The notes: generated from the letters alone by a model not told the origin. 64,000 bases of DNA from an uncultured Pseudomonas sp. (GCA_943914515.1 CALUCI010000003.1:6494-70493), one strand, 5' to 3'. Counted from the stretch's first letter, positions 30,368-40,506 are shown. Program-made: numbers and translations.

Positions 30368-30841
30368 ATGCGTTACCGCTATCACCCCAGCCCGATCGGC
30401 CAGTTGCTGCTGGCGGGCGACGAGCAGGGTCTGCACCTGCTGCACATGGACAGCGCCCATCCCTGGGAACTGGACCCGACCTGGCAAGCAGCCGACAGCC
30501 ACCTGGACGACGTGGCCCGGCAACTGGACGAGTACTTCGCCAACCGCCGCCAGCGCTTCGAGCTGCGCCTTGCCGCACGCGGCACGCCCTTTCAGAAACA
30601 GGTCTGGCAAGCATTGGTGGAGATCCCCTACGGCACCACCACCAGTTACGCCGAACTGGCGCGAACCATTGGCCGCCCCAAGGCGATCAGGGCGGTCGGC
30701 ACGGCCAACGGCGCCAACCCCATCGCGGTCATCGTGCCCTGCCACCGGGTGATCGGCAGCAATGGCAGCCTGACCGGTTTCGCCGGTGGGCTGGAGCGCA
30801 AGCAACTGTTGCTGCAGCTTGAGGGGGCGTGGCTGATTTGA
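30368..30841 (+). CDS. ogt: Methylated-DNA-protein-cysteine methyltransferase
   Basis: GTPFQ..VW, RAVG.ANGANP, PCHRV active site. Confidence 0.92.
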   Translation: MRYRYHPSPIGQLLLAGDEQGLHLLHMDSAHPWELDPTWQAADSHLDDVARQLDEYFANRRQRFELRLAARGTPFQKQVWQALVEIPYGTTTSYAELARTIGRPKAIRAVGTANGANPIAVIVPCHRVIGSNGSLTGFAGGLERKQLLLQLEGAWLI

Positions 30842-30853
30842 TGTCGGCACGGG

Positions 30854-30920
30854 TTATCGCGGCTGAAGCCGCTCCTACAGATGCATGACGACTCCGTAGG
30901 AGCGGCTTCAGCCGCGATAA
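30854..30920. repeat. REP doublet (REPIN), GTAG ends facing inward
   Basis: TTATCGCGGCTGAAGCCGCTCCTAC ... GTAGGAGCGGCTTCAGCCGCGATAA between convergent genes. Confidence 0.9.
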
Positions 30921-30941
30921 TCCGATACCCATGCGCCAGAC

Positions 30942-31133
30942 TCAGATCCTGACGTTTCCCCGCGGCCCGGCAATGGCCCAGATGATCAGCCCGAGTACCG
31001 GCAGCAGGATGATCAACAGAATCCACAGCACCTTGGCACCGCCACCGGCGCTGCTCTTGATGACGTTGAGAATTGCCCAGATATCCAGGGCAAGAATGAT
31101 CAGGCCAACCAGCCCGTTGAACGTGGAACCCAT
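30942..31133 (-). CDS. PLDc N-terminal domain small membrane protein
   Basis: LDIWAI.NV..S....KVLWIL.I.LLPVLG.IIW...G pattern; GGGAG SD. Confidence 0.85.
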   Translation of the reverse strand: MGSTFNGLVGLIILALDIWAILNVIKSSAGGGAKVLWILLIILLPVLGLIIWAIAGPRGNVRI

Positions 31134-31264
31134 GTTGACGCTCCCAAGACAAGAATCTGTCCCGAGAGGATAGCTGGCTATTGGCCTGATAGACGTGCTT
31201 GTTTCGGTGTCATCAGGCCAGCATGGTTACACTCGCCCCATGGCCTTGCCGGAGACTATCGTTC

Positions 31265-32206
31265 ATGCCCCCATCGACCACACCCGACCATTCCGCGTCC
31301 ATGTCGCTACCCAGCGCCTGGCTGCAACAGGCGCAAACCACTCCCTGGCTCAGTGCCGGCCTGGGCCTCAGCCTGCTGGCGGTGCTCTGGCTGATGGGCG
31401 CCGGCGCCTGGAACGCGATCCATGGCGATCATCAGGGCAACCTGCACATGGCCATGCTCGGCGGTCTGGCCGGATTCGCCGCCACCGCCCTCGGCGCTGT
31501 GCTGGCCGTGGTCCTGCGGGAAATCAGCTCGCGCAGCCAGGACGTGTTGCTGGGCTTCGCCGCCGGGATGATGCTCGCTGCCAGTTCGTTTTCGCTGATC
31601 CTGCCGGGGCTGGACGCCGCCCGGGAAATCACCGGCAACGGCCCTTACGCGGCGCTGACGGTGGTGGTCGGCATGGGCCTGGGAGTGCTGCTGATGCTCG
31701 GCCTCGACCGTTTCACCCCCCACGAACATGAAAGCACCGGCCCCTGCGGACCGCAGGCCGAGCGGATCAACCGGGTGTGGCTGTTCGTCCTGGCGATCAC
31801 CTTGCACAACCTGCCCGAAGGCATGGCCATCGGCGTGAGCTTCACCACTGGCGACCTGAATGTCGCCCTGCCGCTGACCAGCGCCATCGCGATCCAGGAC
31901 ATCCCCGAAGGCCTGGCCGTGGCCCTGGCCCTGCGCGCCACCGGGCTGTCGAGCCTCAAGGCCGCACTGGTGGCGATTGGCTCGGGCTTGATGGAGCCCA
32001 TCGGCGCGGTGATCGGCCTGGGGATTTCCAGCGGCTTCGCCCTCGCCTACCCGGTCAGCATGGGGCTGGCAGCCGGCGCGATGCTGTTCGTGGTGTCGCA
32101 CGAAGTGATCCCGGAAACCCACCGCAACGGTCACCAGACCTCGGCGACCCTTGGCCTGATGGGCGGTTTCGCGGTGATGATGTTCCTCGACACGGCCCTC
32201 GGTTAA
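31265..32206 (+). CDS. ZIP family metal transporter (ZupT/GufA-like)
   Basis: LGFAAGMML, PHEH, HNLPEG, QDIPEG, EVIPE; start uncertain. Confidence 0.9.
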   Translation: MPPSTTPDHSASMSLPSAWLQQAQTTPWLSAGLGLSLLAVLWLMGAGAWNAIHGDHQGNLHMAMLGGLAGFAATALGAVLAVVLREISSRSQDVLLGFAAGMMLAASSFSLILPGLDAAREITGNGPYAALTVVVGMGLGVLLMLGLDRFTPHEHESTGPCGPQAERINRVWLFVLAITLHNLPEGMAIGVSFTTGDLNVALPLTSAIAIQDIPEGLAVALALRATGLSSLKAALVAIGSGLMEPIGAVIGLGISSGFALAYPVSMGLAAGAMLFVVSHEVIPETHRNGHQTSATLGLMGGFAVMMFLDTALG

Positions 32207-32733
32207 ACGTGTACGGCCACCCGCAGCGCTTCCAGGGCCGGCGCTGCGGCGATGTTCAGCTCGGTGCACAGTTGCAGAACGCGCGGCAGGTCGTTGCCGC
32301 ACACCAGCACCATCTGCAACTCGTCATCCAGGAGCTGGCTGAAGTTCATCAGCACATAGCCACCGGCTTCCTTGTTCATGCTGCCCATCTGGATCTGGAT
32401 ACGGTTGAGCGCGGTCAGCGGCTCGACCTTGGCCAGTTGCTTGGGCTTGATGTTGAACGGCACGCTTTTGTCGAAGGAGTCGCTGATGACGGTCAGCAGG
32501 TCGACATAGGTGTCAGCCTGGAACAGCACAGTGTCCGGCAGGCTGCCGACTACCACCCACTCACCCAGTGGAATGGGGAAGCTGTCGTCGTAATTGATAT
32601 CGGGATTGGCAGCGAGGAACGCCTGCGGGTCGGCATAGGCCTGCGCCGCTTCGTCGGCGATCCGCTCGATGTCCGCTTCGCTCATGCAGCCGGAGCTGAT
32701 TTTGCCAAGGAGTTCGACCAGTTGGTTTTTCAT
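32203..32733 (-). CDS. Hypothetical protein
   Basis: 176-aa ORF with strong host codon bias, downstream of the ankyrin gene. Confidence 0.75.
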   Translation of the reverse strand: MKNQLVELLGKISSGCMSEADIERIADEAAQAYADPQAFLAANPDINYDDSFPIPLGEWVVVGSLPDTVLFQADTYVDLLTVISDSFDKSVPFNIKPKQLAKVEPLTALNRIQIQMGSMNKEAGGYVLMNFSQLLDDELQMVLVCGNDLPRVLQLCTELNIAAAPALEALRVAVHV

Positions 32734-32793
32734 GGGAGGCCCTGCGACGCTGGAAAAAAGTCGCCAAGAATAGCCGTAAAAGCCCCCCAGCCG

Positions 32794-33315
32794 TTAGGCC
32801 AGTGCTTGCAATTGCGCACTCGTGTCAGTGGCGCCCATGGCCTGTGCCGCGCCCAGCGCATCGATGCCACGGCCATCCCGGCGCCTGGGGTCGGCGCCCT
32901 GTTCCAGCAGGTAGTCGACGATTGCGGTGCGGTTGAACATCGCCGCCATCATCAGCGCCGTGCGCCCGTCAGCCGCGGCGGCATCGGGTTCGACGCCCTG
33001 CTCCACCAGCAAGCGCACCATGTCCAGGTTGCCTTTGAAGGCGGCACCGGCCAGCGGCAATTGGCCGTTGTCGTTGGCGATGGCCGGATCGGCGCCGTGT
33101 CCGAGCAGCACCCTGACCGCCTGCAGATGGCCGTGATAACTCGCCAGCATCAGCAGGGTGTCGCCCTTGTGGTTGCGCAGGTTGACCGGCAGGCCGTTCT
33201 CCAGCAAGCGCCCGAGCATCTCGGCGTCACCCTGGCGCGCCCGGTCAAAGACCTCGGCGGCAAAGGCTGCGGCTTCATCGGCATCCATCTGGACGGGATC
33301 GCGTTGATCGGACAT
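32794..33315 (-). CDS. Ankyrin repeat protein
   Basis: GDTLLMLASYHGH, GQLPLAGAAFKG, GRTALMMAAMFN repeats; GGAGG SD before ATG 33315. Confidence 0.92.
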   Translation of the reverse strand: MSDQRDPVQMDADEAAAFAAEVFDRARQGDAEMLGRLLENGLPVNLRNHKGDTLLMLASYHGHLQAVRVLLGHGADPAIANDNGQLPLAGAAFKGNLDMVRLLVEQGVEPDAAAADGRTALMMAAMFNRTAIVDYLLEQGADPRRRDGRGIDALGAAQAMGATDTSAQLQALA

Positions 33316-33425
33316 GCGGAACCTCCTGTGCGGGACAAAGCCCAAGTCTTTGTCAACATTGGTCCGCGGCGCGATCGGGATAATTCCCCAGCGCGAGCAG
33401 AAATACGCCAGCGACCCACCACCCT

Positions 33426-33548
33426 TGCAAAATGCACTGTGCAAAATGCACGACCTTGCACAATGCACGGCGGCGCCATCATCGATTTAATTCAAGTTAT
33501 TGATTTACAAGGATTTTTTAATCGCGAAAAGCTGGCACGGTCGCTGCA
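33426..33548 (+). promoter_or_regulatory. sigma54 promoter with IHF site and triple upstream repeat
   Basis: TGGCACG-GTCG-CTGCA (33533-33548); IHF CAAGTTATTGATT (33493-33505); three TGCA(A/C)AATGCA repeats (33426-33467). Confidence 0.75.
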
Positions 33549-33588
33549 CCCATCACTCCATGTCTGCCAACCACAGCCAGGAGCTGAT

Positions 33589-33861
33589 ATGGACCTCATT
33601 CAGGAAAAATTCGCCTCGGTATTCTCCGCCTACCAGGTCGCCACTCAATCTCGCCCGGACGGCGGCATCCTGCTGACCTTGCGCTCGGCCGACGGCAAAC
33701 AAGTGAAACGCTCGATCTCCTACTCGCAACTGCACAGCGCCGAACAGCTGTCCTGGGCGATCAGCGCCATTCGCCGGGACCTGGCCGAACAGGCCAGCGA
33801 GCTGCCGGTGATTTCGATGCTGCAAAGCCAGCAGCGCTTCGCCCTGCCGACCTATCGCTGA
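33589..33861 (+). CDS. Small conserved protein, DUF3509-like
   Basis: AGGAG SD then MDLIQEKFASVFSAYQV..QSRPDGGILLTL; hidden as the tail of track ORF 31777..33861; family recalled, not searched. Confidence 0.75.
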   Translation: MDLIQEKFASVFSAYQVATQSRPDGGILLTLRSADGKQVKRSISYSQLHSAEQLSWAISAIRRDLAEQASELPVISMLQSQQRFALPTYR

Positions 33862-33894
33862 AATGTCCGGGGCCGCTATGCGGCCCCGTAAATG

Positions 33895-34446
33895 TCAGAA
33901 CGTGTCATCCAGCTCCGGATACAGCCGGGCGCTGTCACCACCCACAAGCTGCGGCTTGCGCCCTTCCTCGGTTTCGAACAGACGCAACATCACCAGTTGC
34001 GGCTGCTCGCCGATATCGAACCACTGTGCAGTACCCGCCGGCAGGCTGACCAGGTCGGTGCGCTCGGCCACCAGTGCGTAGACATACTCGCCGATCCGCA
34101 TATTCAGCAGACCACGCCCGCTGGCGACAAAGCGCACATCGCGGCTGGCATGGCGACGTTCGTCGATCAGGCCGGCACGCAGTTCATCCTTCTGCGGGTG
34201 TTCGGCATGGACACTGAGTACCTCAACCACGCCGGCGCCGAAATCGGCAATCAGCGTATCGATGTTGCCGCGAAGGGCATCGATCACTTCCTCGTGGGCG
34301 GTCCCCGGGCGAATCCGCTCGAGCAGTTCGCGCTGCTCGAAGTGCACGCCCTGCTCGGCCAGGGTCGCGGCGATGTCGTCGGCGTGGGTCAGGACTTTGT
34401 TGGGGGTGTCCGGGGTGGACTGGTGATACACACTGAGGATGCTCAA
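33895..34446 (-). CDS. Acireductone dioxygenase (MtnD/ARD)-like cupin with degenerate metal site
   Basis: ARD-like overall (LAEQGV.FE, HPQK.ELR, VRF...GRG, DL.S.PAGT..WFD.G..P...RLF); TTG start after GGAG. Confidence 0.8.
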   Translation of the reverse strand: MSILSVYHQSTPDTPNKVLTHADDIAATLAEQGVHFEQRELLERIRPGTAHEEVIDALRGNIDTLIADFGAGVVEVLSVHAEHPQKDELRAGLIDERRHASRDVRFVASGRGLLNMRIGEYVYALVAERTDLVSLPAGTAQWFDIGEQPQLVMLRLFETEEGRKPQLVGGDSARLYPELDDTF

Positions 34447-34513
34447 GGGCGACTCCTGTTTACCGGCCGCCAGGCGGCCGTTCGATGAATTTCTCGATGC
34501 TGCGACAACGCCC

Positions 34514-35659
34514 TCAGGCGGCGTCCTCTTTCAATCGGGTCGCAATGATAACGGCTGCGCCCAGCGCTGCGACGCTGGCAATACTAAAGGTGATACCCGG
34601 GCCGAGGGCCTTCCAGCTATAACCGGCGTACAGGGCACCCAAGGCGCCGCCGGTTCCGGAAAGCGCGGCGTAGAACGCCTGGCCCTGACCTTGCTGGCGG
34701 GCGCCGAAACTGCGCTGGACGAAGGCAATGCAAGAGGCGTGGAAGCTGCCGAACGTGGCCGCGTGCAGCAACTGGCAGAACAACAGCACGGCCAGGTATT
34801 CGGCAAAGCTGCCCAGCAATAACCAGCGCAGCGCCGCCAGCAGAAAGCTCGCCGCCAGCACCCGGCGCAATGACACCCGCGCCAGGATCCGGCTCATCAG
34901 CATGAACAACAGCACCTCGGCCAGCACCCCCAGCGCCCACAGCATGCCAATGGTGCCGCGGCTGTAGCCGAGGCTTTCCAGGTGCAGGGTCAGGAAGGTG
35001 TAGTACGGACCATGGCTGAGCTGCATCAGTGCCACACACAGGTAAAACGCCAGAACACCGGGCCGCGTCAGTTGCTTGAGAAAGCCGTCCCCGGCCGCTC
35101 GCCCGGCCTGTTCTGCGGGTTGTGCATTGGGCACCCACAGGCTGGCCAGGACGATGCCCGCCATGATGCACACCAACGCCACCGGGTAAACATCCAGGCT
35201 CAGCCACTCGAACAGCCGTCCCAGCCCGACCACGGTGAGGATGAAACCGATCGAACCCCACAACCGGACCTGGCTGTAGCGACCGGTCTGCCCCTGCAGA
35301 TGAGCCAGAGTGATGACTTCGAACTGGGGCAGGACCGCATGCCAGAAGAACGCGTGCAGGGCCATGACCAGCGCCAGCCAGGCATAGCTCTTGTCGACGA
35401 AGATCAGGGCGAAACTGGCCAGGGTACACAGGGCGCCGACGCGCACGATCAACAGGCGCTGGCCACTGCGGTCACCCAGCCAGCCCCACAGGTTGGGGGC
35501 CACGCAGCGCATCAGCATGGGAATGGCCACCAGTTCGCCGATGCGCGCGCTGGAAAACCCGAGATGGTCGAAATACAGCGCCAGGAACGGCGCCGTGGCC
35601 CCGAGCAAGGCGAAGTAGAAAAGATAGAAGCTGGACAGTCGCCAGTAAGGAAGCGCCAC
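34514..35659 (-). CDS. MFS transporter (HcaT/PPP-like)
   Basis: About 12 TMs, WGWLGDRSG, YSQVRLWGSIGF, LHAATFG. Confidence 0.88.
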   Translation of the reverse strand: MALPYWRLSSFYLFYFALLGATAPFLALYFDHLGFSSARIGELVAIPMLMRCVAPNLWGWLGDRSGQRLLIVRVGALCTLASFALIFVDKSYAWLALVMALHAFFWHAVLPQFEVITLAHLQGQTGRYSQVRLWGSIGFILTVVGLGRLFEWLSLDVYPVALVCIMAGIVLASLWVPNAQPAEQAGRAAGDGFLKQLTRPGVLAFYLCVALMQLSHGPYYTFLTLHLESLGYSRGTIGMLWALGVLAEVLLFMLMSRILARVSLRRVLAASFLLAALRWLLLGSFAEYLAVLLFCQLLHAATFGSFHASCIAFVQRSFGARQQGQGQAFYAALSGTGGALGALYAGYSWKALGPGITFSIASVAALGAAVIIATRLKEDAA

Positions 35660-35697
35660 GACTCAGAGAGCCGTGGCGCGGGGGGTATTGCGGGGCA

Positions 35698-36789
35698 TCA
35701 GCGTTGGCCCAGTACCGGCGTGCTCACCCGCACATCGGCGTTCTGCCCGCGATGGCGTAGCAGGTGGTCCATCAGCACGATGGCCATCATCGCTTCGGCG
35801 ATGGGCGTGGCGCGGATGCCGACGCATGGGTCGTGACGGCCCTTGGTGATGACCTCGACAGGGTTGCCATCGACATCGATGGAACGGCCCGGCGTGGTGA
35901 TGCTGGAGGTCGGCTTGAGTGCCAGGTGGGCAACGATTGGCTGGCCCGAGGAAATCCCGCCGAGGATGCCGCCGGCGTTGTTGCTGAGGAAGCCTTCCGG
36001 GGTCAGCTCGTCGCGGTGTTCGGTGCCACGCTGGGCGACCGAGGCGAAACCGGCGCCGATTTCCACGCCCTTGACCGCATTGATGCTCATCAGCGCGTGG
36101 GCCAGTTCGGCGTCGAGGCGGTCGAAGATCGGCTCGCCCAGGCCCGGCATCACGCCCTCGGCCACGACGGTGATCTTCGCACCGACCGAATCCTGGTCGC
36201 GGCGCAGCTGGTCCATGTAGGCCTCCAGCTCCGGGACCTTGTCCGGGTCCGGGCTGAAGAACGCGTTCTGCTCCACCGAATCCCAGGTCTTGAAGGGGAT
36301 TTCGATCGGGCCGAGCTGGCTCATGTAGCCACGGATGCGGATGCCCTGGCTGGCCAGGTACTTCTTGGCGATAGCACCGGCCGCCACGCGCATGGCGGTT
36401 TCCCGCGCCGAGCTGCGCCCGCCGCCGCGATAGTCGCGCTCACCGTACTTGTGGTGGTAGGTGTAGTCGGCGTGGGCCGGGCGGAACAGATCCTTGATGG
36501 CCGAGTAGTCCTTGGACTTCTGGTCGGTGTTGCGGATCAGTAGGCCGATGGAGCAACCGGTGGTGCGGCCCTCGAACACGCCGGAGAGGATTTCGACTTC
36601 GTCGGCCTCCTGGCGCTGCGTGGTGTGACGGCTGGTGCCGGGCTTGCGCCGGTCCAGGTCGTGCTGCAGGTCTTGCAGCGACAGCTCCAGGCCCGGCGGG
36701 CAGCCATCGACAATGGCGACCAACGCCGGACCATGGCTTTCGCCAGCGGTGGTGACAGTGAACAGCTTGCCGTAGGTATTGCCGGACAT
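35698..36789 (-). CDS. aroC: Chorismate synthase
   Basis: [29 protein letters not shown]. Confidence 0.98.
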   Translation of the reverse strand: MSGNTYGKLFTVTTAGESHGPALVAIVDGCPPGLELSLQDLQHDLDRRKPGTSRHTTQRQEADEVEILSGVFEGRTTGCSIGLLIRNTDQKSKDYSAIKDLFRPAHADYTYHHKYGERDYRGGGRSSARETAMRVAAGAIAKKYLASQGIRIRGYMSQLGPIEIPFKTWDSVEQNAFFSPDPDKVPELEAYMDQLRRDQDSVGAKITVVAEGVMPGLGEPIFDRLDAELAHALMSINAVKGVEIGAGFASVAQRGTEHRDELTPEGFLSNNAGGILGGISSGQPIVAHLALKPTSSITTPGRSIDVDGNPVEVITKGRHDPCVGIRATPIAEAMMAIVLMDHLLRHRGQNADVRVSTPVLGQR

Positions 36790-36870
36790 GCAGGACGCTC
36801 CGCGAATCAGCCTGATTTGAACAAGTTGGCCAGTATACGCAGGCTAACCATTCAGTTCATCCCTGACGGC

Positions 36871-36897
36871 GAACCTTCTGCATGAGCTCCGGTCCAA
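36871..36897 (+). promoter_or_regulatory. AlgU/sigmaE-like promoter
   Basis: GAACCT-16 bp-TCCAA ending 28 bp before ATG 36926. Confidence 0.5.
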
Positions 36898-36925
36898 AGC
36901 GCATTCCCCGCCAGTAGCCCGATCG

Positions 36926-37885
36926 ATGCCGCGTCTCGCCGCCCTGTTGCTTGTATTGTTTTCCTGCCTTGCCCAGGCCGCCACCCCGGCAGTGCTGCAA
37001 CGCCCGGTCAGCGTCGATACCGGCCAGGGTGTGCTCTACGGCAGCCTGCTGTTGCCGCGCAGCGATACCCCGCCGCCAGTGGTGCTGATCATCGCCGGCT
37101 CCGGCCCTACCGACCGCAACGGCAACAATCCGGCGGTCGGGCGTATCGATATTCTCAAGCGCCTGGCCCTGCAACTCGCTTCGCAGGGGATTGCCAGCGT
37201 GCGCTATGACAAGCGCGGCGTGGCCCGGAGCCTGGCGGCAACACCGGACGAACGCGAACTCAGTGTCGAGCGCTATGTCGCCGACGCGGTGGCCTGGAGC
37301 CGCAGCATCAAGGCCGACCCGCGTTTCGGTCCGCTGATCCTGCTGGGCCACAGCGAAGGTGCGCTGATCGCCAGCCTCGCTGCCGAGCCTGCCGGAGCCC
37401 GCGCGGTGATCGCCGTGGCCGGCAGCGGCCGGCCGGTGGATCAGGTATTGCGCGAGCAACTCGGCAAACGCCTGCCAGCCGCCGAATTGAAACCCGCACT
37501 GGGGCTGATCGATCGGCTCAAGGCCGGCCAGACCAGCCGTGAGGTGCCGACGGCACTACACGATATTCTGCGCCCCAGCGTTCAGCCCTACCTGATGTCG
37601 CTGTTCCGCCAGGATCCGGCCGCGGCGTTTGCCAAGGTGCAGGTCCCGGCGCTGATCATCCAGGGCAGCAACGACATCCAGGTCAGCCTCGCCGACGCCC
37701 GTGCCCTGCACGCCGCCCGGCCCGAGGCGCAACTTGTGCTGATCGACGGCATGAACCACATGCTGCGCATCAGCCCGCCGGGCATCGAGCAGCAACGCGA
37801 CAGCTACACCAACCCGGAGCTGCCACTGGCCAGCGAGTTGGGCGAAAAGATCGTCGCTTTTGTGCGCAAGTTGTCAGTCAGCTAA
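36926..37885 (+). CDS. Exported alpha/beta hydrolase
   Basis: Signal peptide, GSGPTDRNGN, YDKRG, GHSEG nucleophile elbow, D.QV, MNH. Confidence 0.9.
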   Translation: MPRLAALLLVLFSCLAQAATPAVLQRPVSVDTGQGVLYGSLLLPRSDTPPPVVLIIAGSGPTDRNGNNPAVGRIDILKRLALQLASQGIASVRYDKRGVARSLAATPDERELSVERYVADAVAWSRSIKADPRFGPLILLGHSEGALIASLAAEPAGARAVIAVAGSGRPVDQVLREQLGKRLPAAELKPALGLIDRLKAGQTSREVPTALHDILRPSVQPYLMSLFRQDPAAAFAKVQVPALIIQGSNDIQVSLADARALHAARPEAQLVLIDGMNHMLRISPPGIEQQRDSYTNPELPLASELGEKIVAFVRKLSVS

Positions 37886-37979
37886 GTAAATTGCACTCCA
37901 GTCCTCGCCGAATCGGCCGATAAAAACCGTGCAGGCACTGCCATTGCAGACTGCCTGTTGCGCACATGAGGACCCCGTG

Positions 37980-38774
37980 ATGACTGATGCCCCCCAGGAC
38001 GCTGCCGCAGCGACCGAAGATCCGGACGCTCCGGAACCCGCTCCGCTGCCCTGGGCAGACCTGGCGCCCGAACACTTCCAGATGCTGCGCCTGGCCGCGC
38101 TGCCGACCGACCGCAACAGCGGCGCGCGTCCGCTGCGCTTTGTCCAGTACGGCTATGCCGAACGCCACAGCAAGGAACACAGCCTGCTGCGCATGGAGAT
38201 CCGCCTGCCGGGTCAAAAGGTGCGCCGGGAACAGAACGTGCTCGATATTCGCGTCGACCACGAGCAGCACCTGGTCACCATCGGCCCCGACAGCGGCCTG
38301 CAGGTCGAACCGCTCAACCGTGGCATCGGCCGCTTTCTCCTGGCCCAGGCGGTGCACTGGGCGCAACGCCGCTGGTCGCACTATCGCCTCGAAGGCGGCG
38401 CCCTCGCGAACAAGGATGCCCTGAACGAAGAAACCCGCCTGCGCCGCGATCATGTGCTGCGCAGCCACGGGCTGGAGGTGGAGTACGCCGACGCCCAGCA
38501 CCTCAAGGGTCGCTACGTCGAAACGCAGATCGGCCAGCTCAAGGGCAACTGGAACACCGACAAGTTGCAGCGGGTCGACATCATCGACGCCGCCAACATG
38601 CTCCAGCAGGCCGAACAGAAACTGCAGGAAAAAGACGCGCAATTGCGCGAGCGCGATGAGCGGGTTTCCAAGTACCGGCGTGAAGACAGCGGGCTGCGCT
38701 TCACCATCACCTGCCTGGTCGCCTTTGCAGTGTTCCAGGCCGGCCTGCTGATCTGGATTGCCACTCACCGCTGA
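37980..38774 (+). CDS. Hypothetical protein: GNAT-like motif, coiled coil and C-terminal TM
   Basis: NRGIGRFLL motif, LQQAEQKLQEKDAQLRER coiled coil, terminal hydrophobic helix. Confidence 0.75.
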   Translation: MTDAPQDAAAATEDPDAPEPAPLPWADLAPEHFQMLRLAALPTDRNSGARPLRFVQYGYAERHSKEHSLLRMEIRLPGQKVRREQNVLDIRVDHEQHLVTIGPDSGLQVEPLNRGIGRFLLAQAVHWAQRRWSHYRLEGGALANKDALNEETRLRRDHVLRSHGLEVEYADAQHLKGRYVETQIGQLKGNWNTDKLQRVDIIDAANMLQQAEQKLQEKDAQLRERDERVSKYRREDSGLRFTITCLVAFAVFQAGLLIWIATHR

Positions 38775-38818
38775 AGAGCGTGTCGGGGCCTGCTGCCAGG
38801 CGGCCCCGTTGCATCAGG

Positions 38819-39727
38819 TCAGACCCGCGAGGCAAACAGCGCCTGATGCTGACGGCACTGCTCGGCGGTCAGCATGAACACGCCATGCCCGCCGCGCTCG
38901 AACTCCAGCCAGGCAAAATCGACTTCCGGGTACAACTGCTCGACGTGGACCTGGCTGTTGCCCACTTCCACCACCAGCAGGCCTTTCTCGGTCAGGTGAT
39001 CCGCCGCTTCGGCGAGCATCCGCCGCACCAGATCCAGACCGTCGTTGCCGCAGGCCAGGCCCAGTTCCGGTTCGTGGTGATACTCGGCCGGCATGTCGGC
39101 GAAATCCTCGGCATCGACATACGGCGGGTTGGACAGGATCAGGTCGAAACGCTGCCCCGGCAGACCGGAGAAACCGTCGCCCTGCACCGTATAGACCCGC
39201 TCATCCAGGCCATGGCGCTCGATGTTCTGGTTGGCCACTTCGAGGGCTTCGAACGACAGGTCGGCGAGCACTACTTCCGCCTCCGGGAACACGTCGGCGC
39301 TGACGATGCCGATGCAGCCCGAACCGGTGCACAGGTCGAGGATGCGCGCCGGCTCGTCGGCGAGCCAGGGTTCGAAGCGCTTTTCGAGCAGTTCGCCAAT
39401 CGGCGAGCGCGGGACCAGAACCCGTTCATCGACCTTGAACGACATGCCGCAGAACCACGCCTCGCCCAGCAGGTAGGCGGTGGGCACGCGGTCTTCGATG
39501 CGGCGCTTGAGCAGGCGTTGCAGCTTCACCAGTTCGTCGTCTTCCAGACGGCAGTCCAGGTAGGCGTCCGCCACTTCCCATGGCAGATGGACCGCGCCCA
39601 GTACCAGCAACCGCGCCTCGTCCCAGGCGTTGTCGGCACCATGCCCGAAAAACAGGTCGTGCTCATGGAACCGGCTGACGGCCCAACGGATATGGTCGCG
39701 CAAGGTGCGCAGGCGGGAAGTGATCAC
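38819..39727 (-). CDS. prmB: 50S ribosomal protein L3 N5-glutamine methyltransferase
   Basis: [32 protein letters not shown]. Confidence 0.95.
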   Translation of the reverse strand: MITSRLRTLRDHIRWAVSRFHEHDLFFGHGADNAWDEARLLVLGAVHLPWEVADAYLDCRLEDDELVKLQRLLKRRIEDRVPTAYLLGEAWFCGMSFKVDERVLVPRSPIGELLEKRFEPWLADEPARILDLCTGSGCIGIVSADVFPEAEVVLADLSFEALEVANQNIERHGLDERVYTVQGDGFSGLPGQRFDLILSNPPYVDAEDFADMPAEYHHEPELGLACGNDGLDLVRRMLAEAADHLTEKGLLVVEVGNSQVHVEQLYPEVDFAWLEFERGGHGVFMLTAEQCRQHQALFASRV

Positions 39728-39915
39728 GGCAGACTCCTTGAAAGACGACCGCCGAGTCTACCAGCCCCGCGCCACAATTGGCCGCAATTGCTTCGCCTGA
39801 GCGAATCACTCACATAGCTGAAAGCCACTAACCACGCCGCTTGTACGCTAAGCGATTCACATAAGCGCCCAAGCAGGGGAGAATAGCCAAAAAGCCCTAT
39901 CCAAAGGAGCCCCTG

Positions 39916-40506
39916 ATGTCCGTTCCAACGACGATGTTCCACCTCAGCGGCCGCGGCTATCCGCCGGCCAAACTGAGTAATGCCAGCCTGGTGATTATCG
40001 ATGCGCAGAAGGAGTACCTGAGTGGTCCCCTGGCGCTGTCGGGCATGGACGAAGCTGTGGCAAACATCGGCAAACTGCTCGAAGCGGCGCGCAAGGCCGG
40101 TCGTCCGGTGATTCACGTGCGCCACCTGGGCACCGTCGGCGGCCTGTTCGACCCACAGGGTCCACGCGGCGAATTCATTCCGGGCCTGGAGCCGCAAGGC
40201 GATGAAATCATCATCGAAAAGCGCATGCCCAATGCCTTCAAGAACACCAGCCTGCATGAAGCGCTGCAGAACCTCGGCCACCTCGATCTGATCGTCTGCG
40301 GCTTCATGAGCCACTCCAGCGTCAGCACCACCGTGCGCCGGGCCAAGGACTACGGCTACCGCTGCACCCTGGTCGAGGACGCCTGTGCGACCCGCGACCT
40401 GCCGTTCAAGGATGGCGTGATCCCCGCCGCGCAGATCCAGCAGAGCGAACTGGCGATCATGGCTGACAACTTCGCCTGCGTGACCCCGACCAACAGTCTG
40501 GTCTGA
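39916..40506 (+). CDS. Isochorismatase/cysteine hydrolase family protein
   Basis: IIDAQ.EY, IEK..PNAF, GFMSHSSV, DACATRD. Confidence 0.88.
   Translation: MSVPTTMFHLSGRGYPPAKLSNASLVIIDAQKEYLSGPLALSGMDEAVANIGKLLEAARKAGRPVIHVRHLGTVGGLFDPQGPRGEFIPGLEPQGDEIIIEKRMPNAFKNTSLHEALQNLGHLDLIVCGFMSHSSVSTTVRRAKDYGYRCTLVEDACATRDLPFKDGVIPAAQIQQSELAIMADNFACVTPTNSLV

Noticed and set aside
31777..33588. N-terminal part of the 694-aa track ORF
   Set aside because: Overlaps three real genes; only the last 90 codons, which have their own SD and promoter, are credible.
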